A DNA stretch of 64,000 nucleotides from Paraphysomonas bandaiensis (taxonomy: Eukaryota; Protista; Chrysophyceae), in contig CBFFRP010000263.1 in the NCBI GenBank assembly GCA_965644295.1, positions 248,001 through 312,000 on the forward strand. Direction: 5' to 3'. Position 1 is the stretch's first letter. Each line of letters opens with the position of its first letter. The position numbers and the translations under genes are program-made. Positions 50,001 to 62,690 of the stretch are shown piece after piece. The notes beneath the pieces are model-generated. The model made no database searches, was not told where the DNA came from, and was given only the letters and a program-made list of their open reading frames with translations.

Positions 50001-53000
50001 TCTCAGTATCACATTCCCACCCATACAACTCTCGCATCGGATTACTAAACTGCTTCGAAAGGTCACAGAGTGCTACTTCATCTGGAGTGGGAATATAAAC
50101 ACTGGGAGTAAAAGTAGGGAATCCAGAAGGTAATGCTGTTGGAGACTGAGTGCACAATTCCAAAAATATAGTTACATCTTGATTCATTTCGGGATTGGAT
50201 GAAATGTAGTCATGCAAACACTGCTGGTAACACCCCAAAGAATTTCCCGCGGCTATTAACAGAGTGAATAAGTACTTTAAGTTACATAAGGATTCAGGTA
50301 CACGCCCACTTAAGTTATTCCAAGTGAGATCAAGCTGCTCCAGATATGTGGCATTACCGACACTAGCAGGTATTGACCCAGTGATAAAGTTTCCGTCCAA
50401 ATATAACCCAATCAAATTCGGCATGCCCTGGAATAAAGAAAAGGGGATGCTGCCACTCAAACTATTTCTGGCCAACTTTAGGTCAACAATGCTGGAGAAA
50501 TTTCCATAGAATTCTGGCAAACTACCAGTCAAAGAATTATTAGCCAAAGCAAGCTTCAAGAGACCACTAGCATTCACCCAGAGGGATTGTGGTATGGTGC
50601 CACTGAATAAATTCCCAGACATATCTAGATATTCCAGATAAGGCATATAACCCAATGATGACGGAATCGCTCCCTCAAAACCAAACCCACTGACAGCTAC
50701 CTCCGTAACAAACTCCTCTGCGTTACATGTAATCCCTGTCCACGACGATATATAGCTGTAGTATTCGTACCCCTCCTCATATCGGTCGCAGATCGGAATC
50801 ACAGGACGACCTGTCTCAGTATCACATTCCCACCCATACAACTCTCGCATCGGATTACTAAACTGCTTCGAAAGGTCACAGAGTGCTACTTCATCTGGAG
50901 TGGGAATATAAACACTGGGAGTAAAAGTAGGGAATCCAGAAGGTAATGCTGTTGGAGACTGAGTGCACAATTCCAAAAATATAGTTACATCTTGATTCAT
51001 TTCGGGATTGGATGAAATGTAGTCATGCAAACACTGCTGGTAACACCCCAAAGAATTTCCCGCGGCTATTAACAGAGTGAATAAGTACTTTAAGTTACAT
51101 AAGGATTCAGGTACACGCCCACTTAAGTTATTCCAAGTGAGATCAAGCTGCTCCAGATATGTGGCATTACCGACACTAGCAGGTATTGACCCAGTGATAA
51201 AGTTTCCGTCCAAATATAACCCAATCAAATTCGGCATGCCCTGGAATAAAGAAAAGGGGATGCTGCCACTCAAACTATTTCTGGCCAACTTTAGGTCAAC
51301 AATGCTGGAGAAATTTCCATAGAATTCTGGCAAACTACCAGTCAAAGAATTATTAGCCAAAGCAAGCTTCAAGAGACCACTAGCATTCACCCAGAGGGAT
51401 TGTGGTATGGTGCCACTGAATAAATTCCCAGACATATCTAGATATTCCAGATAAGGCATATAACCCAATGATGACGGAATCGCTCCCTCAAAACCAAACC
51501 CACTGACAGCTACCTCCGTAACAAACTCCTCTGCGTTACATGTAATCCCTGTCCACGACGATATATAGCTGTAGTATTCGTACCCCTCCTCATATCGGTC
51601 GCAGATCGGAATCACAGGACGACCTGTCTCAGTATCACATTCCCACCCATACAACTCTCGCATCGGATTACTAAACTGCTTCGAAAGGTCGCAGAGTGCT
51701 ACTTCATCTGGAGTAGGGATATAAACAGTGGGAAAGTATGATGGTGTTGCTGTTGGCGTCTGCGTTGGGTATACGATGCAGGGATTCGATATATCCCCTG
51801 GTCGCTCTGCGCCAAAAACTGTCACAACATTAGTTCCATGGGTACCATTCAGAGCTGAAGAATCACCCCCAGTGTTCAATCCTCCCCAGGTTACTATCTG
51901 TCGTGTTTGCAATACAACTGCGAACGAATCGGAATTCACATGAACAGAACACACTGCTGACGTTAGTTCCGATGTGACCGAAGAGAATGGGATCCCTGAT
52001 GGAGGCTCGTGCCCCCACCACACGATATTTCCAGATGATACTACTGCTGCGAATGAGGATTCGGAAGGCCATACGGACAGGATACCTGACGACAGTTGAC
52101 TCGACACTGCACTTGAATCACCACCACCTGAGGGATCGCCCCATGTAACAACCTGGCCGTTTGCCTTGACCGCAGCAAATGCTGTTCTCGTACTGTACAC
52201 TGCAGTAACATCTTTTTCTAATTGATACGAAACAGCCGAGCTATTTCCACCAAAGCTGTCAGACCCCCACGTAACAACACGACCAGAAGAGTGCACCGCC
52301 GCGAAAGCGTGATCATTTGAGTATACAAAAGTGATATTTTTAAGAAGATTGATAACGGCAGGCGAAGGACTTCCGCCGTAGTCCGAGTGCCCCCAACAAA
52401 TTACAGTCCCGTCTAACTTCAGTGCAGCAAATGCCCTGGAGGTGCTATGCACTGAAACCACATCAGAGGCGATATCTGACATCACATTGGAGGTGTTACC
52501 ATCAAGTCCCCAACTAACAACACTTCCATCCATCTTACGGGCAGCAAATGAGAAAGACGCAGCAACCACCTCTACTGCGCCAAAAGTATCTACCATGGTA
52601 GAGTCACCGCCATGATATTGATTTCCCCAAGTTACAACTGTCCCCTCGTCTTTCAACGCTGCAAACGCACTCTCAGCTGCTACGATTGTCGACACACCAT
52701 ATCCCACGTCATTTTCGACTACTCGAGAGTCTCCACCGTGCATTCCAGAGCCCCAGGTTGTAACAGAACCAAAATCACTTAGCGCGGCAAAAGCATGGGA
52801 AGAACTAAAGACTGCTGTGACTCCTGCTTCCAAATGTTGTCGAACACTGGACGAATTTCCACCAGAAGAACTATTACCCCAGGTAATAACTTGCCCGGTT
52901 TCTGTCAGTGCTGCAAACGCGCTTTCAGTTGAATATACAGTCACAACATCAGATGCTTTTAATTTACTACCAACAGGTGTTGTATCACCACCATACTCTG

Positions 53001-53163
53001 GGTTACCCCATGCTACCACAGTCCCATTAGAAGTAATAGCAGCAAAGGCATATCTAATTCTAGTCCTCGAAACTGGTCTTGAAACATTAAATGAATAAGC
53101 ATATGATGATGTAATAATTAAAAGTCCAATAAATATACGGACAATGTGTGTTAATAGGGTCAT
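41058..53163 (-). CDS. ~4,014-aa polycystin-1/REJ-like receptor: signal peptide, RCC1/BLIP-II repeats, 3 LRR modules, REJ, EGF-like, GPS-like, multi-TM; single intron 43592-43652
   Basis: AFAAL..G.V.TWG..GGDSS repeats; L.L..N.L.G.IP LRRs; LDAS.S.D and REJ-type NLPPTSGSL.VSP..G; C.G.G.C..C.C.PGYGG..C; PGC..YD....Y.DC.C.V......VTL.C; TM bundle in exon 2. Confidence 0.85.
49774..51726. repeat. Near-perfect in-frame tandem repeat, 813-bp unit x2.4
   Basis: Identical blocks start at 49774, 50587 and 51400; unit encodes 271 aa (LRRNT, LRRs, PT linker). Confidence 0.95.
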
Positions 53164-53884
53164 ATTTACATGAAATAAACTTATCAACTCAACACACTAT
53201 ATAATCACATTAACAAATCTATACATATTTCTTTCTATAGTTTATATCTTCCTATCATTGTTACTATCCATACTATATCTTACAAGTATTCATATCATGT
53301 TCTTTTGTCAACTAGACCTCAAAGTTTTGTCATATGATTTGATCAGTAGCCTGTAGGAGTGTATATAAGATCTGAATCTGGTTTAATATTCCTCCAAAAA
53401 AAATTTCGTATACTATAAAATACATAAGGGTTATATGAGACCGTATATTTACGAAATTTTTTAACAATAATTTTTACATGAAAATTTTATATATGATACA
53501 GTACGTAGTACTCTCGTACCAAAAAGTACAAAACATTTTTTACACAACAATCTTTTAAAAAATTGTTGAAATATTGTAGTTTTTTTGTTCAATATTTTCA
53601 CATACACAAAGTACCAAGTACTTGAATTCGGAATATATGAAATACGCTGTATAGAGATATCGTGTTGCTGTATATGATCTAGATGGATGCTGTATATGTA
53701 TACTCCTATACATCACCCACTCAAATCAACACAGCAGTGTAGTGTATTGTAATGTACCATCAATCTATCTATCTGTTCTATACCACCACAGTCCAATATC
53801 AACAAACGGGTATCTTATCTGATTGATCTTAACCGTACAAGATACATAGTTTAGACAACACTCTTATCATTGTCGTCTTACACT

Positions 53885-55873
53885 ATGAATGCTGAAGTTC
53901 CCGCATATACTGAAATATGTATACCAATCAGTGATGTGTCTGATGTAGAACGATTTGATTGGCCGAACTCATCAGATGGGACTGAAATATGGAGACATAT
54001 AACAGATTACATACTTTATGATGGGAGGACATGGAAACATACAGATCTTCTAGTGGATATTGAATCAGATGTTCCGTATCGTTTAAGAGGAAAACTTCTA
54101 CCTAGCCCTGAAGAGATTGATCAGTCTCATACTGTTGTGGAAATACCTATAAAGAATTATGCTGTCGACTATGGAGAGTCAGTTGATGATCCTGACCGAG
54201 GGTTTTGGTTATTGGACTTCGATGGAGCGTGGTATAAACTCGAGACTCCTTTGCCAGAATATAGTTCCACAGCTGCAATTGGAAGAAGAAAATGTAAGGA
54301 ATACCTCAAATTTTACGATGCAATAGTGTATGGCCGTCAGCGTGCCGAAGATGGCGAGAAGATGAAGCTTGGGCGACCACTGGCAGATTTCAATCGCCGC
54401 ACAGGTCGATGGGTATGTAGGAAAGACATAGCTACCGCGCACAAAGCCAGCAATTATTTCTTTAATTTGGATTATATTGCGCGTTGTCGCAAATTTTTCT
54501 ACGATCGTGCATTGACAGCTTTTGACCCCAAATGTGAATTAATGAAGAGCCTAAATGTAAGTTCGATGTGCCCTCACCAAGGATGTCGCAGCTGATGTCT
54601 CCGCGTATTTTTAATGTATGTAGAAATTGCCGAAGTCAGTCCCCTCTAAAGTGGGAAGTAGTACGAGCATCAGCTCAATGCCACACCAAGATTTGAGTTC
54701 TCACAGCACTGGAGAACGGGTTACGACGTCTAAGGAAGAGCATTCAACTACGACTAAGAAGCGCAAAGCAGGCCAGACACAGAACACAGACAACACTGCC
54801 CCCTCCGAAATTCGAAAAGACAAGAATATCAACCACATGCCAGCAGAGAAGAAAAATGAGATCGGTCTTATAAGAAAGAAACCGAAACTAGATATTGACT
54901 TTGCTGATGATGAAGACGACGAAGATTTTTCTGCTCCGTCAACCAGTACATCTGCGGGCAGCAAATGGTCGCAACAGTCCTCAGCATCGTCATCAATCAG
55001 GTCGATTTGCTATCTTGTATCTGACGGGTTTAATGCATTTAGCAGGCCTGTACAATCAGATAAGCCCCGCCAGAATCCTACCCAGCCAATGCGACAGAAA
55101 AAGAGTCTTCAGCCGGACTGGTATGCATCATGTCTAGCGTTCCTTGTGTGTTATTTTATATAATTTGTTATGGCGTCGATACATGTTTGTGTGAAAACGA
55201 AGTATTTGCTGAAGTATTCATGGCCGGTAATACAACTGTTGCCAGGGAAATACGTGCAGAACGGTTAGCGGAGGAGCGAAGACGAACGATGGAATCGAGA
55301 TGGCGTTTGGTGGGAGCCCATCCATTGGGAACAAGCAATCTTGACCCGAAATCGAGACTCCACTATTCTTCCAGTGGGGTGAAACCCCCTGTCAAAACAA
55401 TACCAGTTGTTGAAACCTTCTCGGTGGGTGTTTTTTATACGTACCTATTTTGACATACACTTATTTAACTGATACTGATTGTTGATTTCTTATATTGAAG
55501 TTATATTTGTTATCTTTCTCTTGACGTAAGGTTTTGTATTGAACAGAAGCAGCTGGGAGTCACCGTGCTATCCAATGCTGACCCCGAGCTTTGTAATGCT
55601 GTGACTGAGTCCCAGGTGGTTAAACCACCTCCTCCAGAAAACAGCAGCTACAAACCAAGCCATATAAAGTGGGCAGACACGGCGGGCAAGCGGCTATTTG
55701 AAGTAAATTACATCGACTTGGATCAGATGTGTTTCCCACCGGGGCAGTCAGTGTCACGAGATAATAGAAAGGTTATGGATGTACAGTGGAATTCACGTGC
55801 TGTTTTCGACGACGATGACGATGATGATCATGGCGAAGGGGAACGTGATATAATTGGAGATGATGCGGAATAG
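53885..55873 (+). CDS. Protein with an N-terminal RFTS (DNMT1-RFD-like) domain, disordered middle and C-terminal PP1-docking-like motif; multi-exon
   Basis: ITDYILYDG..L.G..IKNYAVDYG..FWL....AWYKL..P.PEY; HIKWAD....LFEVNYI. Confidence 0.6.
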
Positions 55874-56589
55874 TTATAGCAGTGTTAGCCTTGATATTAT
55901 ATGTAGCTCTACTCGTATGTATTTATGTACGTATATTTTCGCATAGTGAGACAGTGTTATCTCATCTGTACGCGCGTTGTATTGTAAGAAATATTTCTGT
56001 ACTAGTGTTTTTTCAAATTCAGCAATGAGGTATCACTGTGTAGCTGTGGACTGTACGTTGTATAGAAGCAATGCGTAACCGAACACGATGATTGTCACCT
56101 ATGTACGAAAATAAGTTTGTGACACTGTTGTATAATACACACGAAAATTGTCCAAGTAGAGTGTATTCATGTTATAATAGAGTTTACTATTCCAACTTAA
56201 CTCCTTTCTTACAGCGGGCGGATGGAAGAGGATAGAAGTGTCAGTAGTTTAATATGAATATATTGGGGGTCCAGTGGAATAGAATTCTTATGTCCAGGAC
56301 AAGCACACGTATTCTTCGTACATGACTCACACGAGAAGTCAACTAATCTTCAATAATAAGCCGCATCAAACCAACTTGCTTAAAAATACAATGTATTAGT
56401 TAACTGCTAGTATTTGCATCTGAAGCACTGAACCATTGAGCAATTCAATGCAGAGTGCATTGCTGTTACACATATTGCAGTTACATAAATATTATTCTCA
56501 TGCTGTGTTGTTGAACAGTCACGCATTCTGTCCAGTGGGCAAAGTAACATCACAACAAAGTAGCGGAAGTAGTATGTAAGGCTACAATA

Positions 56590-59018
56590 TCACCACGCGG
56601 AAGTTGTACCCGCTCCAGTATTGTGAACTCCAGCAGGCAGAGTATTAATAGGTTGACCATCTGGAGATCCAGTGGCTCCAGTCCGCACGGCTCCATTCTG
56701 TCCCCCGCCACCAAGACCAGGTGCCTGCCATCCCGGTCCTGGATGATAGGGTGGCATCATTTGACCCCATCCAGCACCGTAATTCCACTGCTCGCCCTGT
56801 CTATATTGGCCATATCCGCCCGCACAGTACGGTCCTCCTGAGTGCATGCCATGAGGCGAGGAACCCTGTGTACAGCCGTGCTGATTCCTACTAGGCTGTG
56901 AGGTGCTTCCGTTCGGCGCCGCCACTCCCTTTTGATCATTCTGTCCACTGGAATGTGGCGCTGTGTATAATTCTCCCCCAGCAAAATGTCCACCCGATCC
57001 ATGTCCATACATATCGCCGTACCCACCCATTCCATGAGCAGCGCCATATGGGTCACCGTAGGGTATAGGGGGGCGATACATGTCTTGTGAGTGACCACCA
57101 CGACCATAAAACTGTGACCCCCCTCCATAGAAATATTGTGGGTAGTAAGGGTTGCCATAATAGCCATAATTTCCCATTTGGCCGTTCTGCTGCTGGTATA
57201 TATCCTGCTGAGAAGAGTTCTGATTGGTAGATGTGGCATCAGTTCCTGATGACGAAGGAGGAGGACTTGAATTCGGTTGTTGCTGGTGGTTGACAGGGGA
57301 ACTCAGGTTGTCACTTGGAAGGTCTGAACCGTACTCATGCTGCTGCACAGGTGCCATTCCAGCTGTCCCAGCATTGACTTGACTGTTGCGTTGACCGTCT
57401 GCACATGGTGTATTTTTTAGTGCATCGCATTGTGCTGGGGCCTGCTCCTGCTGTCCCTTGGATACAGAATTCCGCTTCCTCTGGTGTCTCATTGGGGCAC
57501 TCTGCCTGCCCTGTTTCGCTTCCTGCTTAGGCTCCACGTAAAGGCTGGAAGAGGGGTTCGGAGACGTGGTTTGTTGCTTCTGTGCATCCACAAAGAGAGA
57601 TTTTTCAGAATCATTTGTAATCGTTGAAGTTGTATCTTGATGCTGGGTTTGGTGTTTATCAAAAGCACTAAGTGACGATAATCCTTCTTCGAGCGGACCA
57701 CCAGTCTCCTTGTCCCTCCAAACATATACAGACTGGCCAGGAGTAGATGTCTCTTTGTTCTCAGACGGGACGGAGGATAACGATGAGGGCTCATCAACGA
57801 AGTTCCCGAAAGCAAACTTTACTTCTCCGTCAGTCTCCGCAGATTCCCATTTGCCAAGCTTTATGAGAGGGCTGCCGACAGTGTCTGGCACAGAAGGCTC
57901 TCGTGGAGGGGAGGCTTGTACAGTCTGAAGGGTTGGAGTCAGTTCCTCTGCTACGACTGAGGAGTCCTGAATTATAGGCTCGGGTTCGAATACTAAGATG
58001 GATTCAGCTGCGTCAGTTAGGGTATCAAGTGACACTGTCGCGACTTTTTTCTCATGTTCATTTGACTCTGCGGCGGAGACAGATTTTGGTGATTCTAGGA
58101 GAGGGCTAGCGCTATCTTCGCGAGCACCTTTGCTACTAGGCTTCGATCCACCAGCAGACTTGCAAGGCTTTGTCTCAAGGCCCATAATTGCAGGAACACT
58201 AACCGATTGAGTTTGCTCAGCCGCTTTAAGTTTCTGAGCGAGGCTAATACCTCCAATTTCCCATGCCACTTTGCCAGTTACCAGAATGTCAGGTGATGCA
58301 GTCGTTCTAGGAGTTGCAGTACACGGCGATGGAATATCATGCGTAATTATATGAGGTACCGACGACGAGGAGGAGTTACCTACTGTGTCCTCATTTGTCA
58401 ATGTGTAGACAGCACCAGTTTCTTCGGTTGGAGACGACTTTCGAGGTGGAGGTCCGCGTCCGAGTGGGCTGCTTGTGGACCTGCCACCACGACTACCACG
58501 ACCTCCATCCCTACCACGATAAGCAGGGGCACTACGCCCTCTTCCTCGCCCACCACCTCTATCATCCTGATACTGATCCTTCCATCAGAAGAAACAGGTT
58601 AAATTTGCAACTACATTGAAGAATTCGAATCCTAACCTTCTTTCTATGTTTCTTGCCTGTTGATATCCATTCATCCGCCTTGGTCGCTATATTTTCAATA
58701 TCTACATGCTGTTATGTATCAAATGGCAAAACATGATGTCATATACCATTCCACATTGCTGAAATTGCATCTTTGATGGCAGCATCATTTTTACGGTGCT
58801 TACGAATTAAATCAAGCAATTCTTGATTCGAAACGGTTTCAGGGGTGATATCTCTATACTGCAAAGAGAATATCACATAATACACGCCTATGTATACAGT
58901 ACATACCTGCTTCAATTCAGCGGGGGATACTCTGCCCCTTTCTGTATCTTTTCTGCAGAAACAATTGAGCGAAATGCATCGTCTCGATATGATGCATCTC
59001 TTACCCTCGATATGCCAT
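56590..59018 (-). CDS. UBA/CUE-like, RGG and Q/Y/G-rich low-complexity protein (UBAP2L/GIP1-like), multi-exon
   Basis: Spliced N-terminus ..ELLDLIRKH..DAAIKDAISAMW..EWISTGKK, RGG tract, FAFGNF, prion-like C-terminus. Confidence 0.6.
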
Positions 59019-59476
59019 TAATGCACGAGCCAGAAGCAATCAGCAAATACACACTTTGCTGCAGTTTCTCTGACAATGAAACAATTCCCCCAGAGCAATA
59101 TACAATAGAGCTCTTGCAATGGAATGTGTAATGTTAGAAATCTCTGCATCCTTGCATGCATCTGCTTGAGGACAGTTCGTAACAGTAATTCGTATATTCT
59201 GGAACTTATTTTACAAAAACAGAGTTTTTTATTTAAATCCAATTTTTTCCTTAAAAACTGGATAATTTTGTTATCTTCAAAGTGTATTTGTCACGTTAAA
59301 CGGATCACTGTCCGTAATACTCCATCCGTATGAATTGAACGGTTTCATCACTATCACGCTTTTTTGTGTAGTGATGTGAGATGCAGTTACCTCTAATGCA
59401 TTTAATTGATGAGACTCTATTGGGGGATATTGCTTGAATTTTAATCATTTTCCTCTAAATAAGAGGTATAGGTATC

Positions 59477-61122
59477 ATGATGTTCGGTTCAGATACAGGG
59501 TACACAACCATGTCAATAGCCACTTTAGGCGATTCGACTTTACCTGATGCCAAGAGCAAACCAAAAGTGGCATATATAGAAAAACCAGCAGATGTTTTTG
59601 GCAACAGTTCCATTGAAAGTCGGAAGTTTTTGGTGAAGCCTAATTTGCATGATGTGTCAGATATTGATGGAGCTCGTCCAAAAGGAGTTCGTCAAAGAAA
59701 TTATGAAAGTAAAGCGTTGTATGTGGATGATATTGATGGTGCACGTGCAAAATTTCACGATAAATTTTTGCACACGAAACGTCACGTTGACCCATTGCAG
59801 CCAGATTACAAGCTACCCTCTGTTACGCTAGCACCGTACGAACCACCGAAATTTATCAAGAATAGTATGGAAATTGATGATATTGAAGGCACACGGACAA
59901 AGCAAAGAAAGGTTGCCCCCAGCAGAGATACCATGAATTTAGATGATATCGAGGGATCTCGTGCTGGATGGAAGCCGAGGCACATGTAAGTTTACGTCGG
60001 AGTGCTTCTGGAGAATTTATTGATATGCTTATGTTTCCATCATAGGAGAGTTAGATCTGAGGCACCTGCACATGACATTCTGGTGACAACAGAGAATCCC
60101 AAAAAGAAAACTTTCAAAGATCACACCCACCGCTCTACGAACCCTCTAGCTCCGTCGTATTCCATTAATGGTGATGTGATTGAAGATGACCCACGCTCGA
60201 AACCAGCCAAGCCAAAGAAATTTATTGCTGATAATAAACTTCTTCGCACTGATGACGTCGAAGGTGCACAGGCAGGGTACGTCTCTCAACACCTACTTTC
60301 TGTTCCTATGGACAGACGTCGTGAATTCCGCAACACAAATTATCTTGGAGATATTCCAGGTGCTCAGGCGGACTCTGTTAAACACAGTATCCGTACATTG
60401 CGTGAGACTAACCCTCTACAACCCGTTTATAAATCACTGGATGGGGAACCTCTCAAGGGTCCCATCGACCCTCTAATCCCACCTGAGCTTGTGGATAACA
60501 AAGCTTCGTATAAGACATTTGGTACATCGAGAGATCTCATTCCTGTGCAAAATAAGCGGGACAGCAGCTCTGCGTCGGCACCGAAAAGGAGAGCAAGTAG
60601 CGGTGGGGCGTCAACTGGAGTTCCTAATGACGATGAGCAAGCTTTCCAGCCATATGGATCAGGCGGCGAAACATCGCAGTACTTCGACACCTCTTTCACG
60701 GAAAGTAGATCCTACGCGGACAAGTTTGGGAGTTCGGATTTGATAGATACTAATAATGCCTCTTCTTTCTTTGATGGTGAGTATACTGCGTTTTACGATC
60801 TGTTTTCATTATGTTGCCATCAGATTCTAATGAGCTCATGCCGGCTACGAAACCACCTTCTCACGGAAAGTTACAGGTAGATATACCTCGGTCTAACAGT
60901 TACGCCGGGGAAACAAATATCTCTACTGGTATGTCAAGTCGGTCGGGGCGGAGTTTCGGCAGTAGGTCTAATGATGCGTCACGTCGCACGACTCCGAGAT
61001 CTGGTCAAGCCACCCCAAAGTCCTCCCAGGGAACCCCTAAATCTGGTCGATCGCCAAGTATATCCGCTCGTCGTGCTCAAGCAGAATTACAAGCCGAAGT
61101 AGACGCTATTAGAAATTTATAA
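59477..61122 (+). CDS. DIxGA / NPLxPxY repeat protein, probably ciliary or cytoskeletal; 2 introns
   Basis: Repeated DIDGA/DIEG/DIPGA and DPLQPDY/NPLAPSY/NPLQPVY motifs. Confidence 0.65.
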
Positions 61123-61553
61123 GTCGTGTCTACACATATATATGTAATGGACTGGTTCTTCGAATGAGTGTGATTACTCTGATGCACGTGCGTAGGTTCT
61201 ATTAAGTGTTTCAAACTGCTGCGTTTCTCGTGTTGTGCGCATTATTGTATAGGAACTAATAATGAGAGTTAACAGTTATCTACAAACCCTTTTGTATTTT
61301 TCTAGCAAATTGCTATATATGTGTTCTCTAAATCACAAACTCCGTAACAGGTTGTACGTATCATAGCACTTCGTATTGCTGACACGATAAAGAGACTTCC
61401 GTCTATTTTACTCAACAAGACAATAAGAGATGAGTCAGAAACGTACTATATTGCACATCACAATATCGGAAAAACTGACTACATAACTACTAATGTTTCC
61501 ATAAGAAAAAATGTATAAAGAGCGTCGCTGTGTATATAGATTAATGTTTGAAA

Positions 61554-61662
61554 ACCTTTTCGTTGTGTTTTGAGGGATAAGTGCCGGAGAGAAATTAACG
61601 TAAGCTGCAAGCCTAGACAGAAATAACGTTTTACCGAATGCTTGTGTAGACGTCTTTGGGCC
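61554..61662. repeat. Dispersed repeat, copy 2 (internally shorter than 9211-9378)
   Basis: Collinear match lacking two hairpin-forming segments. Confidence 0.8.
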
Positions 61663-62070
61663 TTGTTAAGTCGAGGTAATACCAAAACCTGGTAAAGCAA
61701 TTTCACCAGGTTTCATATATAAGTATTGAGTTATTATTTTACTGTAATTTGTATCTGAGAGGTTAAAGATAAAGAAAAAGTCGCAAGTATAGTTGTTATT
61801 AGCAGTATTTATTGCGTTAAAAGTTGGCCCTGCTATTATTACTTGTGTTTTGTAATATCATATTCTCATATAGCTACACCTGCTTCGCTTGAGACTGCAA
61901 ACGCTCCAACCGAATAGCCTGATTTCGGATACATTGCATACGCATATAGCCATCTTTACCACTACTACTTACAGTAGTATTAGTACCTATGCTCGGAAAC
62001 GACGCGGCAACAGCCGCTGGGGGCACATTGCTAGTAGGTGGAGGATCATAAGCAGGTGAAGGATCATAAG

Positions 62071-62688
62071 CAGTTAGTACAGTGTATAGTAACAACGCAC
62101 AACAATAATCAGAACAATACCGCATATATACGACATACGACCCCGTCACCATCTTTATGAACAGTATTACTTACCCTGCTCGTGCGCTTTCGTGGTATCT
62201 CTTCCTCCGCCTCCGGGTCGTCGTTGGATATGTCGCCACGAATGTTGACAACATTCTTCTTCCCGTTGCACTTCTCCTACACCATAATATGTACACAGTT
62301 AGTGCAGTGTATAGTAACAACGCACAACAATAATCAGAACAATACCGCATATATACGACATACGACCCCGTCACCATCTTTATGAACAGTATTACTTACC
62401 CTGCTCGTGCACTTTCGTGGTATCTCTTCCTCCGCCTCCGGGTCGTCGTTGGATATGTCGCCACGAATGTTGACAACATTCTTCTTCCCGTTGCACTTCT
62501 CCTACACCATAATATGTACACAGTTAGTGCAGTGTATAGTAACAACGCACAACAATAATCAGAACAATACCGCATATATACGACATACGACCCCGTCACC
62601 ATCTTTATGAGCAGTATTGCTTACCCTGCTCGTGCACTTTCGTGGTATCTCTTCCTCCGCCTCCGGGTCGTCGTTGGATATGTCGCCA
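62071..62688 (-). repeat. 225-bp tandem repeat x2.75; each unit is a 102-nt exon plus a 123-nt intron
   Basis: Units start at 62071, 62296 and 62521; minus-strand GTAAGT donor, CTAAC branch point, TGTAG acceptor. Confidence 0.9.
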
Positions 62689-62690
62689 TG

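Noticed and set aside
13124-58210. Many antisense or overlapping ORFs in the six-frame track
   Set aside because: They are shadows of real genes on the opposite strand or frame, with no independent motifs
58675-58745. Apparent in-frame TGA suggesting readthrough or a recoded stop
   Set aside because: Using the downstream acceptor (AAATAG|CGACC) restores the frame; no evidence for a non-standard code
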